Below, piece by piece: positions 1-7,758 of a stretch of 42,484 bases of DNA; position 1 is the stretch's first letter; every line of letters starts with the position of its first letter. Source of the stretch: Gemmatimonadota bacterium (GTDB taxonomy: Bacteria > Gemmatimonadota > Gemmatimonadetes > Gemmatimonadales > GWC2-71-9); the NCBI GenBank assembly GCA_039588295.1, contig JBDHAB010000024.1, positions 410 to 42,893 on the forward strand, read 5' to 3'. The position numbers were made by a program, and so were the translations under genes. The notes beneath the pieces were generated by a model. It had not been told where the DNA came from. It saw only the letters and a program-made list of their open reading frames with translations, and searched no databases.

Positions 1-1
1 C

Positions 2-481
2 GTCAAGCTTGACAGGCTCTCCCGCCGAACGCGTGACCTGCTGTATCTCGTCGAGGACGTCTTCCAATCTCACGACGTGGCGCTGCACAGCCTGCAAGAG
101 ACCGTCGACACATCCAATGCATCGGGACGCTTCTTTCTCCGAATCATGGGAGCCCTCGCAGAAATGGAGCGTGAACTCATTGGTGAACGGACGGCAGCCG
201 CTCTGGCCCACAAGAAGGCGAACGGTGAGCGCCTCGGGGCAACGCCGCTCGGATTTCGCACGGCTTCGCCGGGCGGGGATCTTGAACCTGACCCGAACGA
301 GTTGGTTTCGGTCGAGAGAGTCTTGACGCTCTGGAGGCGAGGAATGAGCTACCGACGCATCGCCTCGACGCTCAACGCAGAGCGGTGCAAGACCAAGCGA
401 GGAGGCCGCTGGCACGCTTCAACGGTGGTCAAGATAGTCCGACGCAGGGCTCGGTACGCGAACGTTCTGGAGGCCGTCTAG
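2..481 (+). CDS. Serine recombinase (resolvase/invertase family) with short C-terminal recombinase-type DNA-binding region; 5' truncated
   Basis: Frame is open from base 2: VKLDRLSRR...DTSNASGRFFLRIMGALAEMERELIGERT. C-terminal SYRRIASTLN...GGRWHASTV. Confidence 0.9.
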   Translation, partial: VKLDRLSRRTRDLLYLVEDVFQSHDVALHSLQETVDTSNASGRFFLRIMGALAEMERELIGERTAAALAHKKANGERLGATPLGFRTASPGGDLEPDPNELVSVERVLTLWRRGMSYRRIASTLNAERCKTKRGGRWHASTVVKIVRRRARYANVLEAV

Positions 482-887
482 GAGGTGAGTGTACACATGA
501 CGCTCGTCTTGTGTACGCCGCTCTCTCCAAGGGGGGTAATCAAGCCCCAGCGTGACACCATCCGCTGGAGTGGCCGGGGGGCGGCAGCAAGCCTTGATGT
601 TTTTGTTTATCGATGTACAGCGATATTGGCCGTTCGCTCACGTGATCCCCGTAGACCTTGGGATCCTGCCCATCTCCTCGCATCCTTGCGCCAAGTCAAG
701 ACCAAGAATTGCGATGTGAAAACCTGGAAGGAACGTGGTAACGAGCCTTCTTCCACGACTTGCAGGAGGAGCGGAGTTGTTGCAGCCTACCGGGCGCATG
801 CGGACTACCGAGAGTCCAGCAGACGGGGTGGAGTCGAGCGCGACTCTATCCCGTTCGCAGTTTCACCAACAGGAAATGGAGGTGCAG

Positions 888-1004
888 ATGGACCGACTCA
901 CCAACGGTACGGGCAACAACGCCTACAACACCCCGTGGGATTTGATCTGCAGCTTGCTGCCCACGGGTATCACCCCTAACAGCGCAGAGAGAGAGAGGAC
1001 ATGA
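888..1004 (+). CDS. Putative 38-aa leader peptide (MDRLTNGTGNNAYNTPWDLICSLLPTGITPNSAERERT)
   Basis: GGAGGT SD at 878-883; the stop overlaps the next start (ATGA at 1001-1004). No recognisable family. Confidence 0.45.
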   Translation: MDRLTNGTGNNAYNTPWDLICSLLPTGITPNSAERERT

Positions 1005-1774
1005 CGACGCAACCTGAGCACCATGCAGCAGGTTCACCCACCACGGACAGCCAACAGAGGCTTCACGACTGGAGGAAACAGAAGGCCGCCAAGGAGCGAC
1101 CTGTCCGCTGGATACGCGATGAAGAGTTCTTCGAGCTTCAGAGCCAGCAGCTAGCGCCCGGAAGACGCCTGGTGCTCTTGGCTCTCCGACTTCATGACCT
1201 GGAGGAAGACAATCCGTGGGGTGCCTTCCCTGGGCATAAGCGGCTTGCCGCTCTCACAGGGTTGTCGGCGGAATATGTCCGACGTATCCTCTCCGCGTTC
1301 TTCCGTAACGGAGTCATCGAGAAGAAGAAACGGGGAAAGTACACACACTACTATCTGGTCCCACCGACTACCGACGAGCATCTCAGAGAGCACGAGTGTG
1401 CTACCGGACCTGACATCGGTAGCTCATCGGCTGTACCCGACGTGTTACCTCCAGAGGTACACAGTAAAAGTATAGGTAACGGGAAAGTGATCCCGAAAGG
1501 GATCACGAACAGTAAGGGTATAACTGAAGGGAATGGTTCGGCGTCTACAGACACCGAACCACCTAATGTTAGACCTGGTGTAGGTGAGGGGTCACGGTCT
1601 GCGTCTGGTGACGGCGACCGCTCCCCTACCCCAGAAGGTCCAACGGAGCGCGAAGGCCGTCTTGGAACGGCCAGCGCTCCGACCCGATGCTCCTCTGGAG
1701 ACGAGAACACGGCCGAGTTTGGCGCCGCGCCCAAGCGCGGCATCCAAGGTCAGGATGACGAGGGGGGCTCATGA
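1001..1774 (+). CDS. Winged-helix (HTH_36-like) replication-initiator-like protein with low-complexity C-terminus
   Basis: RLVLLAL...AFPGHKRLAALTGLSAEYVRRILSAFFRNGVIEKKKRG..HYYL resembles the N-termini of phage/plasmid initiators. SD GAGGA upstream. Confidence 0.65.
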   Translation: MTTQPEHHAAGSPTTDSQQRLHDWRKQKAAKERPVRWIRDEEFFELQSQQLAPGRRLVLLALRLHDLEEDNPWGAFPGHKRLAALTGLSAEYVRRILSAFFRNGVIEKKKRGKYTHYYLVPPTTDEHLREHECATGPDIGSSSAVPDVLPPEVHSKSIGNGKVIPKGITNSKGITEGNGSASTDTEPPNVRPGVGEGSRSASGDGDRSPTPEGPTEREGRLGTASAPTRCSSGDENTAEFGAAPKRGIQGQDDEGGS

Positions 1775-2142
1775 CCCCCGACGACATCATCACTCGGTGG
1801 CGCAGACGCCGCGACGAGTGGTGTCGGGTGCACGCATCCGTTGACGGCGCAGCACTCTGCGACGAGGTCATACGAGACATCGAGAGCTTGGCATCTGCTG
1901 ACGCCGACGCGGAACTCACCCTGGCGGAAGCCGCTCGGCTCTCTGGCTATTCCCGAGAGCATCTGGGACGCCTTGTCGCGGAGGGCACCATCCTCAACGT
2001 GGGCCGTCCTGGGGCTCCCCGAATTCGCCGAGGCGATCTTCCGCGCAAGCCCCTGCCGAAATCGTCCCACCCTATCCACATTTCAGGCACCCGCAAGGGT
2101 CGGATTGTGCGGTCAGTCGTGGAGGAAGGAGTTCCACGATGA
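1771..2142 (+). CDS. Excisionase-like HTH DNA-binding protein
   Basis: LTLAEAARLSGYSREHLGRLVAEGTI..V....RIRRGDL is a MerR/HTH_17-like pattern. Coupled by ATGA overlaps to the upstream ORF and the integrase. Confidence 0.7.
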   Translation: MTPDDIITRWRRRRDEWCRVHASVDGAALCDEVIRDIESLASADADAELTLAEAARLSGYSREHLGRLVAEGTILNVGRPGAPRIRRGDLPRKPLPKSSHPIHISGTRKGRIVRSVVEEGVPR

Positions 2143-3338
2143 CAGCACGCATGTGGAGTTACAGCGCGGGGGAGCGTGGACGGAACCGCGTTCGGGTGTT
2201 CACGAACCGTTGCGGCGTCTGTTACGTCGAGTGGTACGAACCCAATGAACACGGACGACCCGTGCCACGCCGAATGAGCCTCGGCCACCGTGACCGGCAA
2301 CGTGCTCGACGCGAGGCCGACCGGATGGCGACGATGATCGGCGAGGGGAACAGTGTCCCCGTTTATGATCGGCTCACCCTCCGCCAGCTCTTTGACAATT
2401 ATCAGCACGATGAATTGGTCCAGCGGAAGTCACCGCAGGAGCGGACCCACGACCGGCGGGCGATCCATCTACTGCTCACGGTCATCGGGCCCCAGACCCC
2501 TGTGATGAAGCTGGGCCGTCGTGAGTGGAATCAGTTTATCGCTGCCCGACGGGACGGGCTGGTCTCCACCCCGTCCGGCCAGACGCGAGCGGTGGGCGAG
2601 CGTGTGATCGCGCAGGACCTCAAAGTCCTGCGCACTGCGTTGCGGTGGGCCGTCGGGGCGAGGCTCATTCCGCGGGACCCACTGGATGGAGTCGGGGTGC
2701 GATTGCCCGCCAATCCGAGCCCGAATCGCCCGGTGATGGACGACGCCACATATCAGGCGTTGCTCCTGGTGGCCCCCCGGATCGACTGGCGCTTCGAGGT
2801 CGCACTCGTCCTCGCGCACGAGACCGGCCATCGGATCAACGCAATTCGGTTGCTGCGGTGGTCGGACCTGGACCTGGACAGAAAGACGATCCAGTGGCGC
2901 GCAGAGATGGATAAGACTGGACGGGAGCACATGACCCCACTTACATCGCGAGTCGTGGGGGTGTTGGAGCAAGTGCGGCGCACGCAGGGCCGCATCGGGG
3001 ATGGCTGGCTCCTACCGTCTCCGCGACAGCAAGCGGAGCCAGTGAGCAGGAAGACACTGCACACCTGGTTTCGCACCGCGCTCAAGCGGACCGGAGAAGA
3101 CAAGCAACCGGGACTCGGTTGGCATAGTCTCCGTCGGAAGTTCGCGACCGACTTGAAGAGCGCCCCACTGAAGGACGTGATGGAGCTCGGGGGCTGGCGG
3201 AGCCAAGAAACGGTGTTGGCGTATCAAGCGACCGATGTTGCGGCGATGCGGGAGGTCCTCGCCCGTCGCCAACCTACTCACAAATCCACTCACCGCGCTG
3301 CGCCCGCGCAAGAGGTAGGGCAGCGGAAGCCGCTGTAG
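2139..3338 (+). CDS. int: Tyrosine recombinase / phage-type integrase
   Basis: TGHRINAI (Arg I), DKT (Lys), HSLRR, LGGW and VLAY (Tyr). N-terminal arm-binding-like domain. SD GGAG upstream. Confidence 0.93.
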   Translation: MTARMWSYSAGERGRNRVRVFTNRCGVCYVEWYEPNEHGRPVPRRMSLGHRDRQRARREADRMATMIGEGNSVPVYDRLTLRQLFDNYQHDELVQRKSPQERTHDRRAIHLLLTVIGPQTPVMKLGRREWNQFIAARRDGLVSTPSGQTRAVGERVIAQDLKVLRTALRWAVGARLIPRDPLDGVGVRLPANPSPNRPVMDDATYQALLLVAPRIDWRFEVALVLAHETGHRINAIRLLRWSDLDLDRKTIQWRAEMDKTGREHMTPLTSRVVGVLEQVRRTQGRIGDGWLLPSPRQQAEPVSRKTLHTWFRTALKRTGEDKQPGLGWHSLRRKFATDLKSAPLKDVMELGGWRSQETVLAYQATDVAAMREVLARRQPTHKSTHRAAPAQEVGQRKPL

Positions 3339-3360
3339 AAGTGTAGTTTACGCGCGTTCG

Positions 3361-3447
3361 GGACAGGTGGCCGAGCGGCTGAAGGCACACGCCTGGAGAG
3401 CGTGTGAACGGGGAACCGTTCCGTGGGTTCGAATCCCACCCTGTCCG
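3361..3447 (+). tRNA. tRNA-Ser(GGA), long variable arm, CCA not directly encoded
   Basis: Acceptor GGACAGG/CCTGTCC, anticodon arm CACGC-CTGGAGA-GCGTG, T arm GTGGG-TTCGAAT-CCCAC, discriminator G followed by TCCA. Confidence 0.97.
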
Positions 3448-3861
3448 TCCACAATCGTTGTCCGATGTGCGACGCCCACGGTGCGCGGGTGCCAGCTTGA
3501 GTCCCGGCCGACACCCCCCTATCGCGGGGAAGAGGAACTGCATATCTCGGAAAAGCGGGAAACCCTGATCTGACAACAGCTTGTAAAGACATCTTCATCC
3601 CGCCTTGCTACTCCTATTCCCCTAAACCCATTAGCTTTTCTTGCTGAGCAGCGGTGAGTGGGCTGACAGGTCGATACGCGCTGGGCAGACGCCCAGCGCC
3701 CTGCCCGTTGGACCTAACCTGCCGCAACAAGGTCGGGAGGGGTGGAGTGGCCGGTTTGTCGATAACGCTAATGGGCGAGGACCCCCTGAGGCGCCTTGAC
3801 CGCACTCCGCCCGGACTCACAGCCTTCACGTGACACGGACGCGTCCGCGCGAGAGTGTGAG

Positions 3862-5787
3862 ATGACTGCATCGTCTACCACCACGCCTGCCAAGCAGAAG
3901 AAGAAATCCAAGGCCAAGGCATCTCCTGATAAAAAAGCCATCCTCGAGGTGGCCGAACACACGGTCGAAATCGTATCCGACCCGGGTGAGGGCGCCCAGA
4001 AGTGCGGTCAGATCTTCGGCCGCGTCTCCGCCCGGATGGGTAACGGGGTCTGGACCGTGGAGATCATTCCCGCTGAAATCCAGCCACCACCGCGCACGCC
4101 ACCCAGCGCTTCGGGCAACCGGATCCGCATCGGCACCAAGCCGGTCACCAACTGGGGCGACGCCGCGCACCTCGTGGTGGCGTTCAACGAACAGGTCCTG
4201 CTCCACCGGCACCGCCTCGGCGCGCTGTCCCAGGGATGCACGATCCTCGTCGAGAGCATGTGGGAGAATCACGAGGACGAGGATATCCGCAACGCCTGGG
4301 CTACCGCGATGGAAGAGGTGGCCGGCAACGACTACCGGTTCGTCAAGGTGCCCTTCGAGGAGCAGGCCTTGGCCGTCGTCGAGAACCCGCGGCGCGGCAA
4401 GAACATGTTCGCGCTCGGGATGCTGGCGAACATCTACTCGCGGGATCTCGAGATCATCAAAGACGTCATCACAAGCGAGTTCCGCAAGAAGGCCCCTGAA
4501 GTTGCCGAAGCGAACATCGCGCTCCTGGAGCTGGGCCACAAATGGGCGGAGGAAAACCTCGATTTCAAAGTGGACGTGGCGATCGAGGCGCCGGGCGTGC
4601 CGATGGTCGTGATGAACGGCAACCAGGCAATCGCGATCGGCTCGATCGCGGCGGGACTCGAGCTGTGCGCGATGTACCCCATTACGCCGGCGACCTCAGC
4701 GTCCCATTACCTGAGCGAGATCTTCGAGAACTTCGGCGGGATCGTGCATCAGGCGGAAGACGAGATCGCCGCCATTGGCGTGGCGGTCGGTGCCTCCTTC
4801 GCGGGCAAGGTCGCGTTCACGATCACCTCCGGGCCGGGCCTGGCCCTCAAGACCGAGTTCATCGGGCTCGCCGTCATGACCGAGACCCCACTCGTATTGG
4901 TGGACGTGCAACGCGGTGGTCCGAGCACGGGACTACCCACGAAGATCGAGCAGGGGGACCTGCTCGCTGCCATCTTCGGGCAGCCGGGTGACGCCCCCAA
5001 GGTCGTCATGGCACCGGCTACCATGGAGGAATGCTTCCTCTGCATGACCACGGCCCGGCGGATCGCCGACGCGTTCCGCTGCGTCGTCGTGGTCCTAACG
5101 GACGCGAACCTGGCCACTGGCGTGCAGCCATTCCCGCGGCCCAACGTGAGCCGCGACTGGATCGCTGCGCCGCTGGACCTGAGTACGGTCCCGAAAGGCC
5201 AGCGACCACTCGATTGGGACCCCAAGACTGGTCTGTCGCGCCGCATCATTCCTGGCCAGCAGAACGGGATGTTCCGTGCGACCGGCCTGTCGCACGACGA
5301 GGACAGCAAGATCGGGTACAGCCCGGATGTCCACGAGCGCGGCTGCGCCATGCGGGCACGCAAGATGGCGGTGTTGCAGCAGACACTGAAGCCGCCGAAG
5401 GTTCGGGGCGACGACGAGGGCGATCTGCTCGTGGTGGGCTGGGGCAGCACCATGGGCGCGATCGAAGAAGCCGTCGATCGTGCGCGCCAAGAAGGGCTCT
5501 CGGTGTCTTCCCTGCACCTCCGGTTCCTGTCCCCGCTGGAACCCGGCCTCAAGGAGATCTTCAGCCGGTTCAAGCAGGTGATGACCGTCGAGATCAATTA
5601 CTCGGACGATCCTGCAGCACCGTTCATCACCGATGAGAACCGCCGCCGCGGGCAGCTTTCCTGGCTGCTGCGTGCTACCACGTTGGTCGATGTCGACTGC
5701 TGGACACGCGTGCCCGGTGAGCCGCTGCAGCCCCGGCACATTCACGAGGCGATTCGGGGCTACATGCCCAATGGAGCCCAGTCATGA
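3862..5787 (+). CDS. korA: 2-oxoacid:ferredoxin oxidoreductase alpha subunit (gamma-alpha fusion, KorA/OorA-like)
   Basis: YPITPA, QAEDE, TSGPG and QRGGPSTGLPT motifs. The ATG at 3862 is preferred over the TTG at 3796. Confidence 0.92.
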   Translation: MTASSTTTPAKQKKKSKAKASPDKKAILEVAEHTVEIVSDPGEGAQKCGQIFGRVSARMGNGVWTVEIIPAEIQPPPRTPPSASGNRIRIGTKPVTNWGDAAHLVVAFNEQVLLHRHRLGALSQGCTILVESMWENHEDEDIRNAWATAMEEVAGNDYRFVKVPFEEQALAVVENPRRGKNMFALGMLANIYSRDLEIIKDVITSEFRKKAPEVAEANIALLELGHKWAEENLDFKVDVAIEAPGVPMVVMNGNQAIAIGSIAAGLELCAMYPITPATSASHYLSEIFENFGGIVHQAEDEIAAIGVAVGASFAGKVAFTITSGPGLALKTEFIGLAVMTETPLVLVDVQRGGPSTGLPTKIEQGDLLAAIFGQPGDAPKVVMAPATMEECFLCMTTARRIADAFRCVVVVLTDANLATGVQPFPRPNVSRDWIAAPLDLSTVPKGQRPLDWDPKTGLSRRIIPGQQNGMFRATGLSHDEDSKIGYSPDVHERGCAMRARKMAVLQQTLKPPKVRGDDEGDLLVVGWGSTMGAIEEAVDRARQEGLSVSSLHLRFLSPLEPGLKEIFSRFKQVMTVEINYSDDPAAPFITDENRRRGQLSWLLRATTLVDVDCWTRVPGEPLQPRHIHEAIRGYMPNGAQS

Positions 5788-6737
5788 TTCAACTCGGATG
5801 CTCATTGCTCGGGAGCTCGGTCGACGACGACCGCTCCTGGAGCATGGATGACTACGAAGCGGCCGTTCCCCGATGGTGCTCCGGCTGCGGCGATCACGCG
5901 GTCCTGAGCGCCGTGCAGCGTCTGCTCGCTGAAGAGCAGCTGCCGCCAGAGCAAACGGTGTTTGTGTCCGGCATCGGGTGCTCGAGCCGCTTTCCGCACT
6001 ACATCAACTCGTACGGCTTCCACGGGCTGCACGGCCGCGCGCTTCCAGTCGCGACGGGAGTGAAGCTGCGACGGCCCGACCTGCACGTGTTCGCGGTGAT
6101 GGGCGACGGCGATTGCTGCTCGATCGGCGCCGGCCATTGGATCCACACGACCCGCTACAACCCGAACATCGTCGCGCTCATGCTCGATAACGGGGTGTAC
6201 GGGCTCACCAAGAACCAGACGTCGCCGACGAGCCCCAAGGGGCTGAGGAGCAACACGCAGCCACGGGGCGCGTACCTCGACGCCATCAACCCAATCGCCA
6301 CGACGCTCGGTGTCGCCAACGCGTCGTTCGTCGCGCAGACCGGGGATTGGGTGCCGGACCATATCTATGAGACGATCAAGGCGGCGTTCCATCACGGAGG
6401 CTTCAGCTTCATTCGGATCTTGCAGCGCTGCCCGCAGTACACGGACAACCTGTTCCTCGACGCGATGCGGAATCCGGACACCATCGAGCTGATGGTGCAC
6501 CCGAAGGGGATCCGATCCGAGGACACCGAGCAGATCTACAAGAATCACGTGCACCACGACCCATCGGATCTGGTCAACGGGTTCAGACTCGCACAGATCG
6601 GCGACAAGATCCGACTCGGGTTGTTCTACCGCGACGAGCACACGCCGGTGTACGAGGAGGTGCGGAACGTGCCGACTCACACCGCCGACGAAAAGCTCGC
6701 GATTCTCAACGAGGAGCTGGACCGCTATGCCGTTTGA
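5784..6737 (+). CDS. korB: 2-oxoacid:ferredoxin oxidoreductase beta subunit (TPP-binding)
   Basis: WCSGCG, SGIGCSSR, LHGRA, GDGD...DNGVYGLTKNQ and QRCP motifs. Confidence 0.93.
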   Translation: MIQLGCSLLGSSVDDDRSWSMDDYEAAVPRWCSGCGDHAVLSAVQRLLAEEQLPPEQTVFVSGIGCSSRFPHYINSYGFHGLHGRALPVATGVKLRRPDLHVFAVMGDGDCCSIGAGHWIHTTRYNPNIVALMLDNGVYGLTKNQTSPTSPKGLRSNTQPRGAYLDAINPIATTLGVANASFVAQTGDWVPDHIYETIKAAFHHGGFSFIRILQRCPQYTDNLFLDAMRNPDTIELMVHPKGIRSEDTEQIYKNHVHHDPSDLVNGFRLAQIGDKIRLGLFYRDEHTPVYEEVRNVPTHTADEKLAILNEELDRYAV

Positions 6738-7749
6738 CGAACGAGTGGAGCGTGCGCTCGAAGCGCTGTCCGGCCAACGCGACGCCTTCCAATCGGCGCT
6801 CGGCACGACTGTCGAGCAGGTGCAGAGCTTTCTCGGCGAATACCAAGCGTCAGGGAACGGTCACCTGGACCGGATGGCCGCGGAGCTTGGGCCATTCGCG
6901 GCCGATCGGATCGACACGGAACGGTTGGGGAAGCTGTTTGGCAGCACGGTCAGCGTCGATCGGCTGACGTTGGAGACGATCGAGAAGGCGCGCGACACGA
7001 TGGCCGAGTTGGCCAAACGCAACCACGAGCTGTTCCTCGTGGACGTGACACCTGGTGGTGACCTCCGTACCGCGGTCGCCAGGGCACTGGAGGAGGTCGG
7101 CCGCGCCTTCGGAGCGGTGCGAATCTTCGAGCTCACCCGCTCCGGCAGCTACCACGGCAACGAGCACGCCCGTTCGCTTGGCTCGTTCCCATTCGTGAAA
7201 TGGAGCAAGGGCGAACGGCGTCTCGCACCGCCGCTAGTGGTGTTGGTCGACGGCGCGGACCTTCGGGCGGGGATGCTCGCAGAGTTCCTCGACGGATCGC
7301 AGAAGCTCGTGCTCGTGGTACGCGGCTCCTGTGCCCCTGCGCCGCTCGTACGCTTGATCACCCCGGGCACATTCGTCGTGCAAACCCACGACGCAAGCGG
7401 GCTCGAGCAGCTCGCGGCATTCCCAGGACCCGGAGTGGGTGCGCTGGTGCCCGATTCCGCCGCACGGTTTGTCCATGACCCGAGTGCCGGACCGGAAGTG
7501 TCGCAGCGGCTCACGGTCTCCTTCGTGCCGGAGCAGGAACCGCGGATGTCACTCGGTGGCATGAGCGGCAGCCAGCAAGCGGAAGAGCTGAGACAGCTCA
7601 AGGAGCTCGCCAGCCGACCGGCCGCAGCCACGGGCTCCGCAGCGGAAGGAGTCGTGGCGGCACCGAAGGCACCGCCACCCCGGATGGATCCGGTGGACAA
7701 GCTCGCGGCCTGGCTCCTCACGCAAGCGGACCTGTCGGATCTCGGGTAG
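6727..7749 (+). CDS. Uncharacterised 340-aa protein; degenerate paralog of the PFOR beta (TPP-binding) region
   Basis: SD GAGGAG at 6711-6716, overlaps korB. Ungapped similarity to the C-terminal part of 8607-13592 (see findings). Confidence 0.8.
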   Translation: MPFDERVERALEALSGQRDAFQSALGTTVEQVQSFLGEYQASGNGHLDRMAAELGPFAADRIDTERLGKLFGSTVSVDRLTLETIEKARDTMAELAKRNHELFLVDVTPGGDLRTAVARALEEVGRAFGAVRIFELTRSGSYHGNEHARSLGSFPFVKWSKGERRLAPPLVVLVDGADLRAGMLAEFLDGSQKLVLVVRGSCAPAPLVRLITPGTFVVQTHDASGLEQLAAFPGPGVGALVPDSAARFVHDPSAGPEVSQRLTVSFVPEQEPRMSLGGMSGSQQAEELRQLKELASRPAAATGSAAEGVVAAPKAPPPRMDPVDKLAAWLLTQADLSDLG

Positions 7750-7758
7750 TCGCGCGTC

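Larger units (their letters stand above)
1..3360 (+). mobile_element. Right part of a small integrative element (resolvase, leader, Rep-like wHTH, Xis-like, tyrosine integrase); left end lies outside the window
   Basis: Two recombinases, a wHTH Rep-like gene and an excisionase-like HTH gene. The last four ORFs are chained by ATGA overlaps and the integrase ends 22 bp from a tRNA gene. Confidence 0.8.

Noticed and set aside
2065..2077. TCCCACCCTATCC matches the tRNA 3' end (3434-3446) at 12/13 as a possible att duplicate
   Set aside because: Short, mismatched and inside the Xis-like CDS; it would delimit only int plus tRNA. Likely chance.
3448..3861. Rex/FNR/sigma54 sites or an ncRNA upstream of the oxidoreductase-Rnf operon
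   Set aside because: An AT-richer patch is present, but I found no convincing consensus match or stable conserved-looking structure by eye.
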